From Eledone cirrhosa (lineage: Eukaryota): a DNA stretch of 64,000 bases. A program made the translations under genes and the position numbers. Under the pieces are notes generated by a model, which was not told where the DNA came from, did not search any database, and saw nothing but the letters and a program-made list of their open reading frames with translations. This document shows positions 26,977 through 39,900 of the stretch, in pieces. Numbering within the stretch: position 1 is the first letter of the stretch; each line of letters begins with the position of its first letter. The stretch is from assembly GCA_964016885.1 (NCBI GenBank), contig OZ024741.1, positions 273,606,001 to 273,670,000 of the forward strand, given 5' to 3'.

Positions 26977-27054
26977 ACACCCACTGAAGAGCAGAGAATT
27001 GGTAATTTCCTTCGCTAAAAAATTGCGAAACAGCTATCAAAGCTGTCTGGGTGT
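26977..27054 (+). ncRNA. Canonical type I hammerhead ribozyme (GUC site)
   Basis: acaccca CTGAAGA gca...tgc GAAA cagct-atcaa-agctg TC tgggtgt: stems I, II and III pair and the core is complete. Confidence 0.9.
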
Positions 27055-27211
27055 TCAGGCAGTTGCCCAATATAGGTTTGATTTTCTTGATTTATTACTT
27101 TAAATTGAGTCTGGCAAACCATATTGTTATAGTTAGTATATTTTTCACCCTAGCGAACTTGGTCCCTTACAATTCGAACACATGTATGTTTATATTTGTG
27201 TTTACCTCTCT

Positions 27212-27262
<51 letters not shown>

Positions 27263-27757
27263 AATGGCTTCTACAGGACGAGAACTGTTTCATTCGGGAG
27301 AAATGATCAGTAAGCCACTGTCCAGGTAATATGGTGGTATTTATACATTTTTCTGGTGGCAGGAGAGGGTAGTGATTGGGATGAGTGGAGCTCATTGGTA
27401 GATGGATTTAAAGAAAGGGGATTCTTTAAAAACTCTATTTAGAGAAAGAAAGGCAGAAACAAATTCAAGCTAGGTACTTATAGACAAATTGAGAGGTACT
27501 CCTAATTTTTAAGCTTCATTTATTCCAAGCAAACAATGGCTATTCATTGGAGAGGTCTGCAAAAATGGTCAGGTGTCTACACTCACACACACACGCACAC
27601 GCACACACACTCACTCCCACACACACGCACACATACACACACTCACTCATATATATATAATATATGTATATATATATATAATATATATATATATATTAGA
27701 AAGTGAGTTTTTTTTTACAAAATGAAAAATAACCGAGGTGTCCTACACGAGTGAAAG

Positions 27758-28425
27758 TATAAAGAAAAAGAGGTGAAATCGAAAATGCAACTGGAGTCTT
27801 ATTTTTTTTAAAATATATATATTTATTTGGTTCCTTTAACGGTTTCGCAGTTCTTCTGCTTTTCAAAAGGTGAGTTGAGATGGAGGGTCTGTGTTTTTTC
27901 TCACTTCTAGTTGGTCTCTGAATGTTACTTGTTTTATATGGAAAAAGTGGCTGGAAATGCCAGGTTTTTCGAGAAGTAATTTGATTGGTTTGTCAATAAT
28001 TATAATAATATAATAAATTTCGCGCCAGTTCGCGTTACAATAGTTCTTCAAATAAGAGGGGGGGGGGGGGGGTTGTCGCAGGTTGTTTTTTCATATATGA
28101 GTGTTTGAATTTCTTTTTACTTGAAAAAAGGAGGCTCACGAAGGCTTTTTTGGGGGTTGGTTATAAATGAAATTATGGCTGTCACGTGAACAAATTTTCA
28201 TTAAATTTTTGTGCCCTTATTTGGAAATCCATTCTGTAGCCTTTTTAGAGAATTTTTTGATAAGTGAAAGAAAATGGTCAAGAGAAAGGGATGGGAGAAT
28301 TGTTCTGGTTCAGTGAATATGGTTAGTTCGCTGGGGTGTCAGAAACCGGTAAAGGAACCAAATAAATATATATATTAAAAAAAAAAAATAAGATTCCAGT
28401 TGCATTTTCGATTTCATCTCTTTTT

Positions 28426-28431
<6 letters not shown>
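27758..28431 (-). mobile_element. Decayed Penelope-like remnant with inverted ~90-bp ends and a degenerate HHR
   Basis: 27758-27847 is the reverse complement of 28342-28431; minus strand cctt TTGAAAA gcag-aagaa-ctgc GAAA CCGT TA aagg is a mutated HHR. Confidence 0.55.
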
Positions 28432-28470
<39 letters not shown>

Positions 28471-28722
28471 CATACACATATATATAATCACTAGATTATA
28501 TTTATTTTAGCCACCATGAATGTGCTCACGATTTATCACATTTAACATCACGTCAGATCAGATTAACGTTGTCCAATCAAAAGATGGCTTTCCGCTTAAC
28601 ATATTGTTTATTGTTGCTGTTTGTCTGTATTAAAAATGGCCGACCGAAAAGTCAGACATATTCACGATTGATGAAACGTATAGCTTTCAGCCAGTCTAGT
28701 TTCGTCTGACCGATATATATAT

Positions 28723-28818
<96 letters not shown>

Positions 28819-28962
28819 ATGGTATGTGTGTGTGTGTGTGAGTGTGTGTATATATGTATGCTTATATATGTATATATGTATATATTTGTATATATATATA
28901 TGTATGTATATATATGTTATGTATGTATGCATGTATGTATATACACATATATACATATATAT

Positions 28963-29029
<67 letters not shown>

Positions 29030-29442
29030 GGTTGCATGTCATGTCTTCGTGTGTCTGACTCAAACAGCGTATCACCTAACTTTGCACATAGGTTGTATAA
29101 ATACACACATTCCCACACGGCTGTGTACACAATCTATAATGATATAGATGTGTCTATATAAGTGGAAGTGTACAACAATAGCTAATGATATTATTCGACT
29201 GTAACACATAGTTATAGTTTTACAAAAGATTAGATTTATATGTGGTTATTATAGAAAGACGTCCATCTTGGCTTGACTCATCCATCTCGCCCCTTTTCTG
29301 CACGTCTATGTATAAATGCATGCATGTATATATGTATATATAAGTGTATGTGTGTGTGTTTGTGCGTGTCTGTGTGTGTATTTGTGTGTGTATTTGTGTG
29401 TGTTTGTGTGTGTATGCGGGTTTGTGTTTGTGTGTGTTTGTT

Positions 29443-29530
<88 letters not shown>

Positions 29531-30208
29531 TGTGTGTTTGTGTGTATGTATGTCTCTGTACGCGTAGAGTAATTACATACCTTAAAATATGGCTAGCAAT
29601 AAATACGCAACTATTGAAAACCAGCTTCTCGCATGCCAAGCCGTCGTCTATAATTGGAAGCAAGCAGACGACCATCAGTTTCTATCGTCTGATTGGTTGT
29701 AGCTAGTGATAATGGCCGGAGAAGTAGCTTCTCAACACCTTTCACCACAAACAACAGATAGCAACGATTCTGATTTATACACACATACAATCTAAGATGC
29801 CAAGATGACGCCCTGCTTTTACTTTATTTATGGCGATTCTACACCTCTCTCTTCACTTATCTCTTTCTCTCTTTTCACCAATTCCGTACGTCGCTTACAA
29901 CAACAACGAAATCATCTACAAGACAGCACTATCAACAATACAACCCCAGCAACAGCACCAACATCAACATACAGTCTACAATATAAACAGACCAGCACCA
30001 ACCACTGCCACTTCTTTTAATGCTACCGCACACTATTGTTAAACTATTGTCGAACCAACCAGCTAGCCAGTCATCTAACTGACCAGCCAGCCAACCAGTT
30101 AGTTGGTCAGTTAACCAGCCACGTTCAGTCTCCATTCATGAAACTGGAATATTCGACTGCTAAAGGTCAAATAAATCTGTTCATCTCTTCATATTGGACA
30201 CCTATGAA

Positions 30209-30269
<61 letters not shown>

Positions 30270-30766
30270 CTATTTCTATATATATATACAATATATATAT
30301 GTGTGTGTGTGTCTGTCTGTGTGTGTGTGTGTGAGAGAGTATAATGATTTAAATATACACACTCTATAAATACCCTATTTGGTATCATCTTCAGGTAATA
30401 AATTAGCTTTAAAAGCAATCATTATATTTTAGAAGTGGACATTGTCCAGCTAAGGTTTATGGTGAAGAAGTCAACAGAGCGGTAATGAATATTTTAATAA
30501 ACACTGATCGCTTGACAAGGCGATATCAGCTTCATAATCAACAAATGAATTAGGGGTTTTCCATTTTAATATCATGGTGCTTTCAATGGTTTCCCAAGTG
30601 AATGGGATTCATATTTGATCTGTAATAAAGTAGACATGTGGATATAGTATTGCATTCATTTTCTCTCACAATTGATGGAGATGTAACTGCCCCTCTCTCT
30701 CTCTCTTTCTTTCTCTTTATACACACACACACATATATACATATATATTATATAGATAAATATATG

Positions 30767-30829
<63 letters not shown>

Positions 30830-31997
30830 ACACACATATATATATATAGATATTGTTTTGCAGTATTCGTTCCGGTTCTGCTCTGTACGTAAGTTCAAAA
30901 CCCGTCGAGGTCAACTCTTTGCCTTTCAACCTTTTCAGCTCGCTAAAAGAAAGTACCAGTGAACTACTGGGGGCGTTTTCAGACATGGAAAGGGTGCGGT
31001 GGGGTTAGGGTGTTTCATCAGGTTTTCAAAAAATGCCCAAGACACTTTATTAGGAGTTACGGGTCCAGGAATCGAACCCACGACATTTTCATTGTAAGTC
31101 CAATACCACAAAGCCAAACGCCTCCACTTATGAATTTCTGGAACCCCCTAAGCAATGATAATCCTAATTTTCGAAAAGGGAGACAAGAGAGATTGTTCTA
31201 ATTGCAGAGGGATCTCCTTGTTAAGCCTCACCGGTAAAGCTTATGCTTAATGCCTGGCAAAGAGATGCAGGGAAATTGTCGAGTTCAAGCTAACTGATGA
31301 ACAGTGCGGTTTTCATCCCGGCTGCAGCACAACCGACCAAATATTTACACTGTGGCAGATCTTCGAGAAATTATGGGAATATTGCCAAAAGAAAGAAGGC
31401 TGTGGACACAATTTATTTTCTTTAAAAACCACTTTAATGTTTTTTTTCTTTATAAACGGAAAATAAAATAAAGGTTTTCCTTTTTTCAAAGAAATTCCTT
31501 TTTATTTTTTGCTGTATTCATTTAGGAAGATGAACACATTTACTGTATAAAATGTCACACTTGAGTAAACTTCCATTTTTTACAAGGTGAAGTAATTTCA
31601 TAGACTGACTATGAAGGAGTGATGCTAGAACTGTGACATTTTGCATGCATTGAATTCAACTCTTATTAATAACTGCATTGTTTCTTTCCAGGGACTATGT
31701 TGAAAAATTAACCTCATTTGGTCATTTTATGAGAGTATCTTGGTCAGCCTTTGTACATTTCACTCGACCCTTGTGTGCAGTGGTGGACTGGGTCTAAAAA
31801 TATTGGTTGCCAGGAGATGAAGAGGGCGCACCTACATATAGAATGCTATCATTTAATTTTTATAATGAATAAATAACATTTTCGAAAAATACGTAAGTGG
31901 AAACAAAATAGTGCAATCAAATTTTTGCGGAAAATTATCTTACCTTCTCCAATAAAATATATTATGTATTTTGCGAAATCCAGAGACTTTCAATAAT

Positions 31998-32183
31998 TGT
32001 TTCTACTTTTGGCACAAGGCCAGCAATTACCCAGTACATTACTGGTACTTTATTTTATCGACCCCGTAAGGATGAAAGGCAAAGTCAACCTCGGCGAGAT
32101 TTGAACTCGGATCGTAAAGGGACGTAACTATGCTGGAAAGCATGGCGTCCGACCCTCAACCGATACTGCCAATTCAACGCCCT
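31998..32183 (-). mobile_element. tRNA-derived SINE with 15-bp TSD
   Basis: Same family as 48925-49312; TSD gagactttcaataat at 31983-31997 and 32184-32198. Confidence 0.88.
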
Positions 32184-32199
32184 GAGACTTTCAATAATG

Positions 32200-32665
32200 A
32201 CCAGAAGTTGGCCCTAAATATTACTAATAGTTCTAGGAAAGCCATGAGCGACACCACATCTTTTTTACTTTGATTTTGAAAGTAGGTTTATAATTATAAA
32301 TTTTCAATATACCTTTGTAACTGTTTCTGTGGCCTAGTTGGAGGAATCATAGACGGTGGTGATCCTGGTCTGAAGTTCGATCCTGGTCGGGAGCAAGGTT
32401 CCTGGTAAACCTTTTCAGTTTTTTCTATTGGTTGTAAAATAAAAACTGAAAAAGGTTACATGTACCTCTTGACCAGGATTGAAACCAAGACCAGTAACTC
32501 CACCGTCTCTAGTACCTACCGCTAAGCCACAGAGACAACTACGAAAATCTTTTGAAAATTCATACTTATAAACCTACTTTCAGAATTTTCAAAACAAAGT
32601 GTTGTGGTGTCGTTCATGTCTTTCTTAATGTTATTACTCCCACTTAAGATCGACTTCTAAATCAT
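32200..32665. mobile_element. Imperfect palindromic (MITE-like) element with two convergent tRNA-like heads
   Basis: Arms pair imperfectly along their length; A-box gtggcctagttgg (32329) and B-box gttcgatcc (32375) are mirrored at 32468-32530. Confidence 0.65.
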
Positions 32666-33139
32666 TTGGGTGTTCCATAAACTACATCCTCGTTTTGTTT
32701 CACATCTATCTAGACTATATTTCAACCTGTAATCCAGATATCATATCTGTTGCACCTAATTCCCCCACCTCTTTCTCTCTGTGATATTTGAATCTACTAT
32801 GATTTAGGCTTACCGTATTTCTATATATATGTTTTTGCATGTCAGTTAGATTCAAACTTACAATGACTGGCATTATATATATATGTATATATATATATAT
32901 ACAGTGGCTGACTAGGTCTAAAAATATTGGTTGCCAGACGAAGGGGCCCACCTACATATAGAATGCAATCATTTAAATTTTATAATGAATAAATAACATT
33001 TTCGAAAAATACATAAGTGGAAACAAAAAAGTGCAAACAAATTTTTGTGGAAAAATATCTTACCTTCTCCAATAAAAAAAAATGTATTTTGGGAAATCCA
33101 GTGACTTTCAATAATGACCTTTGGTCTTTCACACTTACT

Positions 33140-33195
<56 letters not shown>

Positions 33196-33201
<6 letters not shown>

Positions 33202-33961
33202 AATAGGGTGAGAAGAATACTGCTGGTTACACATGGATAACATGTTATAAAATGAGTCCCTCATCAGTGATTTACCAAACGATCATGGGTATTTCATCGC
33301 ATTAAAAATCATATACCTCACGTTGGAGCGATGATAACTAAAATAAGTTATTAGGACAATAGAAACGCGAAAAGCGAGTGAGACAAGTAAACAACACAGG
33401 GGGAAGCTAACCGAAGATGGAAATAAACACAAGCAACATAGTTATTCTTTAAGCATAAGCTGTGTGAATATATGAGCGAGTCAGAAAACAGACCTTTCGC
33501 TAGTGAATCCGGTGTTAGAAAGAATGAAAACCGTTTTCCCAGCGAACGGGAGGAAGAAAGAAGGGGAGAAACAGGGACTGAGTGAGTGGTAGTGCGAGGA
33601 AGAGGTCAGTAGAGAGAAAGAGTTAACTGGCGTGGCAGAGGGGACGAAAGAAAGTAAGAGAAACAGAGAGAAAGAGGGAGCAGTAAGAGAGAAAGAGAGA
33701 AACACAGAATTGCAGTTTGGGTAAATATATGAAAAATAGGGTGAGAAGAATACTGCTGGTTGCACATGGATAACATGTTATAAAATGAGTCCCTCTTCAG
33801 TGATTTACCAAACGATCATGGGTATTTCATCGCATTAAAAATCATATACCTCAAGTTGGAGCGATAATAACTAAAATAAGTTATTAGGACAATAGAAACA
33901 CGTAAAGCGAGTGAGACAAGTAAACAACACAGGGGGAAGCTAACCGAAGATGGAAATAAAC

Positions 33962-33963
<2 letters not shown>
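33196..33963 (-). mobile_element. Partial tandem repeat (533-bp unit x ~1.4) flanked by (TA)n; probably Penelope pLTR-derived
   Basis: atgaaaaatagggtgagaag at 33196 and 33729; CTGA(T/A)GA on the minus strand in each unit. Confidence 0.7.
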
Positions 33964-34008
<45 letters not shown>

Positions 34009-34197
34009 CGAAGGAAATGTGGTAAGGAACCAGGTGGACAATAACGCACCAAAGTACTCAATACTTAGGGTAGTAGAGTGGGTAATAGGAACGAGTAGGA
34101 CCCCGACGGCTGAGCTTAAGCCATTTCGACGGCTAATTGAGTCCAGAATTAGCCGTCGAAACGGCTTGAGCTCAGCCGTCGGGGTCCTACTCGTTCC

Positions 34198-34340
<143 letters not shown>

Positions 34341-34683
34341 GTGTGTATATATATCTCTCTCTATATATATATATATGCTTGTGTATCTGTGTCTACATAT
34401 GTATGTAAGCTTTATATTTAGTACAATGGACAACCACTGATTCCAACTATCTGCATTATCATATATTTTGGTTTCTAGTAATTCCCTGGGGAATTGGTTG
34501 ACCAAAAGTTTTGAATAATTGTTTTATATATTTAAATAAAAAATGTATTCTTTCTCATAGATTTCAGGTATTTTTTGAAAGCAAAGCATTGGCTTCTAAA
34601 ATACTGCAATGGGCGCTGCAATGTTACTGTGGGTCCCCTAGGGCCCACTTGCAATTAGGCAACCTAGCCAGTCCGTCAGTGCT

Positions 34684-34740
<57 letters not shown>

Positions 34741-34827
34741 GTAAAGGGTAAACAGAAATAACAACACAATCGGTACAGTATATGGAAGGTATATATTAGG
34801 TTAACGCTTGATATAGCAGGAGGAGGG

Positions 34828-34863
34828 TCTTAAGGTTTCGGACGCTAGTCCTTCATCAGAAGA
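34828..34863 (-). ncRNA. Minimal hammerhead motif with a stem III mutation; mirror copy at 43183-43218 (+)
   Basis: tctt CTGATGA a ggac-tagc-gtcc GAAA CC TT aaga. Confidence 0.55.
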
Positions 34864-35115
34864 AACAATGAGAAATAAAATAGATTGAGGGGACCGGCGG
34901 GATGGAATTGGAAAAAATGTCTTTAGATAAAAATAACAGGTCCATTCATGTTGACATCTCTTGCAAAACTGTTGGTGCTGGCATTTTGTGCATGATTTAT
35001 TTTTGATGGCGTGCGTCTACCTGAAATGGAAAATAAACCGTTTTGTAAAAAGAGCTATACTTGAGCACGTACGTAAGCATGTGTTTGTGTGTGTGTGTGT
35101 GTGTGCGTGTGTGTA

Positions 35116-35180
<65 letters not shown>

Positions 35181-35224
35181 ATAGGTCCGTACGAAGCTAA
35201 GAAGAATGTGTGTGTATATGTGAG

Positions 35225-35287
<63 letters not shown>

Positions 35288-35415
35288 AAGTTATATTTAA
35301 AATTGTTGGGTTACAACTAGTAAATATTTATAACTGATATAAAAGCACTCGACAAATACTTGGAGTATATTTACAATATTAAATAAATGGAAAACTATAT
35401 TTATAAAACCATATT

Positions 35416-35482
35416 TATTTCATTATATATATTTCGGGGATATCATATTAACAATATGCTATGCCTTCATCAGACAAAATAC
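35416..35482 (-). ncRNA. Type I hammerhead ribozyme in the 3' pLTR
   Basis: tattttgt CTGATGA [gg..catatt-gtt-aatatg..cc] GAAA TATATA TA atgaaata; short palindromic stem III as in Penelope minimal HHRs. Confidence 0.7.
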
Positions 35483-35846
35483 AATATAAACAGTTTTATA
35501 GATAAATATATTCGACATACCGTAATAAACATCAACTTCATTTGAAGAGGTTCACTCTAGCAGTGAAAATACAGAGAGAAAGAAAGAGAGAGAGAAAAGA
35601 GGGAAATAAGAAAGAAAGAAAGACGAAACGAAGAAAAGGAAGAAAAAGAAGAAAAAGAAGAAATGCATGGGACAAAATAGAGAGATGGAAAAATAGATAA
35701 AGCGAAGAGCTTCATGTAAAGAGACCGAAAGAGATATATATATATATATAGAGAGAGAGGAAATAGAGATAGATACATATATAAATATAGATATAGAAAA
35801 ATTAGGTAGTGGGAGGTCATTTTGAGTAAGTGCATCAATGATGCAT

Positions 35847-35881
<35 letters not shown>

Positions 35882-36996
35882 GCTCAAGTATTAATGTAAG
35901 GGAGATATAGAGAGATATAGAGAGATATAGAGAGAGAAAAATTTAAAAATAGCCAGACATATTCGAGGCGTAGAAAACCCTATGTTTTAATGTATTAGTA
36001 TTTATAAAACTTACACTATATTGTAAATATCAGTATTCCTGAATGAAACAAGTATTCACAATGCGTGAAAATTCATTATCTTATGTTTAGTTTTTTAAAA
36101 AATTCATATGTCTATGTGAATCCAACTGATTCACTCCGCAAATTCAAAGTTACCGGAAAACATTCTCAATGTGGCATAAACATTTGAGCGTATTATTATT
36201 CTTGCGATTACTCTACAAGATTATCTATCAAGCAGAAATAGAGAGCAGATTTCAATATACTAATCGAAAATATATATTATATTATAAGCAGAGATAACAA
36301 TGATAACAATAATAATGATAATAAGTAAAAATATATAAAAATATAAAAATATAGAATAGAAAACTAAAAAAGAATATTACGAAAGAATATTACATAATAA
36401 AAATATTGCATATTAAAAATACTATGTTTTAAAATTATTACGTATTAAAACTTTACATATAAAAATATTAAAAATAAAAATAAAATAAAATAAAAAATAA
36501 AAAATAAAAATATAAAAATATTATAGAATACTACAATACTAAAAGAATAAAAATAAAAATAAAAATAAAAATAAAAATAAAAATAAAAATAAAAATAAAA
36601 AATAAACCACAAAGAACAACCCTTCAAGGTTAATTGACAATATATTGCCAAGTTCACTACAAGACAAAGCCAAAAATTATCTATCAAATCACATCTAGCA
36701 AGGAATATCGCAAAAAAAAAAAAAAAAAAAAAGGTTATGATGTCCAATAATGTCTACATATGTTCCTATATTTAATATATAAGTTTATCAAGTGTAAGGT
36801 TAATTCATAAAATTTGGAGCATCGGCTTTTAGGGTAGCTTAATTTTTCATGAGGAATGTTTAGATAAAAATAAAAATAAAAAATAAAAATAAAAATAAAT
36901 ACAATAAAATAAACAGTAAAAAGAGGGAATCAAAGATTTAGGAATCAAAAGATTTATCGGCTAGTTCTCATATAAATATAAATCAAACTAAATATA

Positions 36997-39210
36997 CTAC
37001 ATTTTAAATTTAAATTTATATTTAAACGTTGAGTTTAATCTATGTTTGCAACAACTGAATAAATTTGTCCGTAGGTTAAGGGAATTTTTAGATTTTAGTA
37101 TAAAGAATATCTCCTCTGCGCAGAGGTCACATGTCTCAGAGGATGAATTAAAAGGAATCCCTCTTGAGACTATATTCCAAGCCGTCGAATATCTAACGTT
37201 ATCTAGCTTAAGTTGCCAGAGTACACCTGATAGTGCCGTTGAAGATTTTTTATTTGGATCTGTGAAAGAATTCTTGTGGTTATTATAGCGAAGTTTAAAT
37301 TCCGTCGATGTGGAACCGACGTAGTTAAAAGAATTAGAGTCAGTATTAACATTACAATTGTATACTATATTTTTAACTAAGCAGTTGTTATTTAACGGAC
37401 ATTTAGATCTATCTCTACAGTTGCATTTGTTAACTTGTATATTATTTATGCTATTATCAGTAGTTTTTAAGTTCCTATTATTTATTCTATTAATATTTTG
37501 TGCTAAATTTTTGGTGGATGAATAGGTTAATTTAATTGTATGCCTATTGAAGATTGAGTGGTACCTATGTGTTCTAGGGAAGCGATTATCAAGAGCTTTG
37601 AAAAATAATTTAGCGATGTGGGTTTTAATGTTTAGTGAGAAAGGGGGGGCAAACCAAATTATGTTCCTAGTTCTATTTCTTTTTTGTCCTTTGGAATTAT
37701 TGTAATGCTTTCTATTATAGTTGTTAATGTTGTTGCCATAATTAAAAAAGTTGTTACTTTGTTTAGTTTGTTTATCATTATCTATGTACACAATCTTATC
37801 AGCATACCCTGCCCTAGCTAGTGCATCATTATAGTATTGGGCCTTTTCGTCAAAAATCTTTCTATTCGACGAGATCCTAGAGATACGCTTTTGGACTGAG
37901 TTTACTATAGTGTTTTTGACAGATCTGGGGTGGTTAGAGTTAAAGTTGACATAGTTTAAGTTTTCATTCAACTTGTGAAAAGGATAGTGGAGACATGTGT
38001 TGAGATTTAATGTTATATCTAGGAAATTGACTATTCTATGGTTGTTCTCAATTTCTATTTTAAGGTTAAAGTAATTAAAAAATTTTGTAATTTGTTTACA
38101 TTTTCTATTTAGTTCAGGGTTATTATTATTAATGAGTAAAAGCATGTCATCCCTATATAAACCTCCGGTAGTACCAGGTATTTTCCTATGTAGCGAATTG
38201 ATTAAAAATAAGCCCACAAGGTCAGTTACTTGAGCTGAGTCGGAAGATCCCATAGTTATGTCAAAATTGCTATCTCTATCTGCTCTGGTCCATAATTTGT
38301 CATCAAATTCTATCAAAGTTTTCCTAGCCGATAATATAATATGCATTTCTTTGCTAGTTAGGTCCGTATGTTTGAATGCGTAATTTAGTGCCTTATTTAG
38401 TAGACTAGGGGTAATAGAAGAATAATAGTTAGCTATATCAAGTTGAATAAACCTATTATTATTGTCATATTTAATTTGCCTAAACCACTCAACAACCTCT
38501 CCGGTTCCCTTCCACAAGCTCAGGTTAGATACATAATCCAAGTTCTTAATTTGCAGTATCACCCTGTCAAGAATGTTTTTGCTTAATTTGCCCAGGTCCG
38601 ATTTTGAAGGTGCGATTAATCTAACTGGCAGGTCAATCTCAAAATTCCTCTTGTGGTCCTTCATATTGATCTTCGGTTTCCTGGGCACAAAAGGTTGTGT
38701 TCTGTTCTCAATTTCCAACTCATGCATTATACAAGATGCTTCAACATTCATTTTCACAAGTTCGGTCTTATCTGCTACCTTGTATTTTTTCCTCAGCTCT
38801 TTCAGTATGAGGCCATTATACATGTCTTTCTGCACTCCATAGAGGTTGTTGGTCTTGTCAGATTTCACCAAGATCTTCTCAGTTTTCTCTAAGCTCTCAA
38901 TGTTATCCTTAATGCCTTTCAGATATTCCTGGCCTTTAAAGTTTCTCTTGAATTTGACCCCTTGTATGATAGAAATTATATCGTTTTCAAAGTCAGATAA
39001 AAGTTTGTTAGGGGGTGGATTTCTTTTAGATTTGAAAACTTTGTTTAAGTCCGAGATATTTTCGTCTGCATTAAATTTATCAAAGTGGAATGCACGCCAC
39101 CTGATTCTCCTTATAAAAGAGTCAGATTTATCTATTAGTTGTTTTACAAAGTCTTTGTTTCTAGGTAGAGGTATGTCTTTTAGAGAGGAAGTAATCTTAA
39201 AGAATTCCAT
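36997..39210 (-). CDS. Penelope-like (Naiad-type) reverse transcriptase + C-terminal GIY-YIG endonuclease, intact, 737 aa
   Basis: SLKDIP N-terminus, KSDKT, P.RLI, QLDIANYYSSI, FDITMGS, GLYRDD, VNFLDITL, SNHP, CNCR..CPL..CL linker, IVY..YVGST..FKLRYNNH, CDLCAEE, CKH. Confidence 0.95.
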   Translation of the reverse strand: MEFFKITSSLKDIPLPRNKDFVKQLIDKSDSFIRRIRWRAFHFDKFNADENISDLNKVFKSKRNPPPNKLLSDFENDIISIIQGVKFKRNFKGQEYLKGIKDNIESLEKTEKILVKSDKTNNLYGVQKDMYNGLILKELRKKYKVADKTELVKMNVEASCIMHELEIENRTQPFVPRKPKINMKDHKRNFEIDLPVRLIAPSKSDLGKLSKNILDRVILQIKNLDYVSNLSLWKGTGEVVEWFRQIKYDNNNRFIQLDIANYYSSITPSLLNKALNYAFKHTDLTSKEMHIILSARKTLIEFDDKLWTRADRDSNFDITMGSSDSAQVTDLVGLFLINSLHRKIPGTTGGLYRDDMLLLINNNNPELNRKCKQITKFFNYFNLKIEIENNHRIVNFLDITLNLNTCLHYPFHKLNENLNYVNFNSNHPRSVKNTIVNSVQKRISRISSNRKIFDEKAQYYNDALARAGYADKIVYIDNDKQTKQSNNFFNYGNNINNYNRKHYNNSKGQKRNRTRNIIWFAPPFSLNIKTHIAKLFFKALDNRFPRTHRYHSIFNRHTIKLTYSSTKNLAQNINRINNRNLKTTDNSINNIQVNKCNCRDRSKCPLNNNCLVKNIVYNCNVNTDSNSFNYVGSTSTEFKLRYNNHKNSFTDPNKKSSTALSGVLWQLKLDNVRYSTAWNIVSRGIPFNSSSETCDLCAEEIFFILKSKNSLNLRTNLFSCCKHRLNSTFKYKFKFKM

Positions 39211-39389
39211 TTTTCAGTTATAATATAAAGCGCTCAACAGTATTGGAGCAAGATACATGTAAAGTTATATTTAAAATTGTTGGGTTACAACTAGTAAATA
39301 TTTATAACTGATATAAAAGCACTCGACAAATACTTGGAGTATATTTACAATATTAAATAAATGGAAAACTATATTTATAAAACCATATT

Positions 39390-39456
39390 TATTTCATTAT
39401 ATATATTTCGGGGATATCATATTAACAATATGCTATGCCTTCATCAGACAAAATAC
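39390..39456 (-). ncRNA. Type I hammerhead ribozyme in the 5' pLTR
   Basis: Same sequence as 35416-35482. Confidence 0.7.
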
Positions 39457-39820
39457 AATATAAACAGTTTTATAGATAAATATATTCGACATACCGTAAT
39501 AAACATCAACTTCATTTGAAGAGGTTCACTCTAGCAGTGAAAATACAGAGAGAAAGAAAGAGAGAGAGAAAAGAGGGAAATAAGAAAGAAAGAAAGACGA
39601 AACGAAGAAAAGGAAGAAAAAGAAGAAAAAGAAGAAATGCATGGGACAAAATAGAGAGATGGAAAAATAGATAAAGCGAAGAGCTTCATGTAAAGAGACC
39701 GAAAGAGATATATATATATATATAGAGAGAGAGGAAATAGAGATAGATACATATATAAATATAGATATAGAAAAATTAGGTAGTGGGAGGTCATTTTGAG
39801 TAAGTGCATCAATGATGCAT

Positions 39821-39855
<35 letters not shown>

Positions 39856-39900
39856 GCTCAAGTATTAATGTAAGGGAGATATAGAGAGATATAGAGAGAT

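Larger units (their letters stand above)
31779..33120 (+). mobile_element. Two left-end fragments of a hAT-like element (31779-31997 and 32902-33120)
   Basis: Both begin cagtgg..gact.ggtctaaaaatattggttgccag and are collinear for ~210 bp. Confidence 0.55.
35283..39900 (-). mobile_element. Penelope-like retroelement (Naiad type): one 3974-bp unit plus a 644-bp direct pLTR repeat
   Basis: Direct repeat 35283-35926 = 39257-39900 flanks the intact ORF; HHR in each repeat; 3' end abuts (TA)n. Confidence 0.93.

Noticed and set aside
36997-39210. Possible selenoprotein Naiad (some Naiads encode Sec at conserved Cys positions)
   Set aside because: The ORF is open without in-frame TGA, the conserved positions are Cys, and I saw no convincing SECIS.
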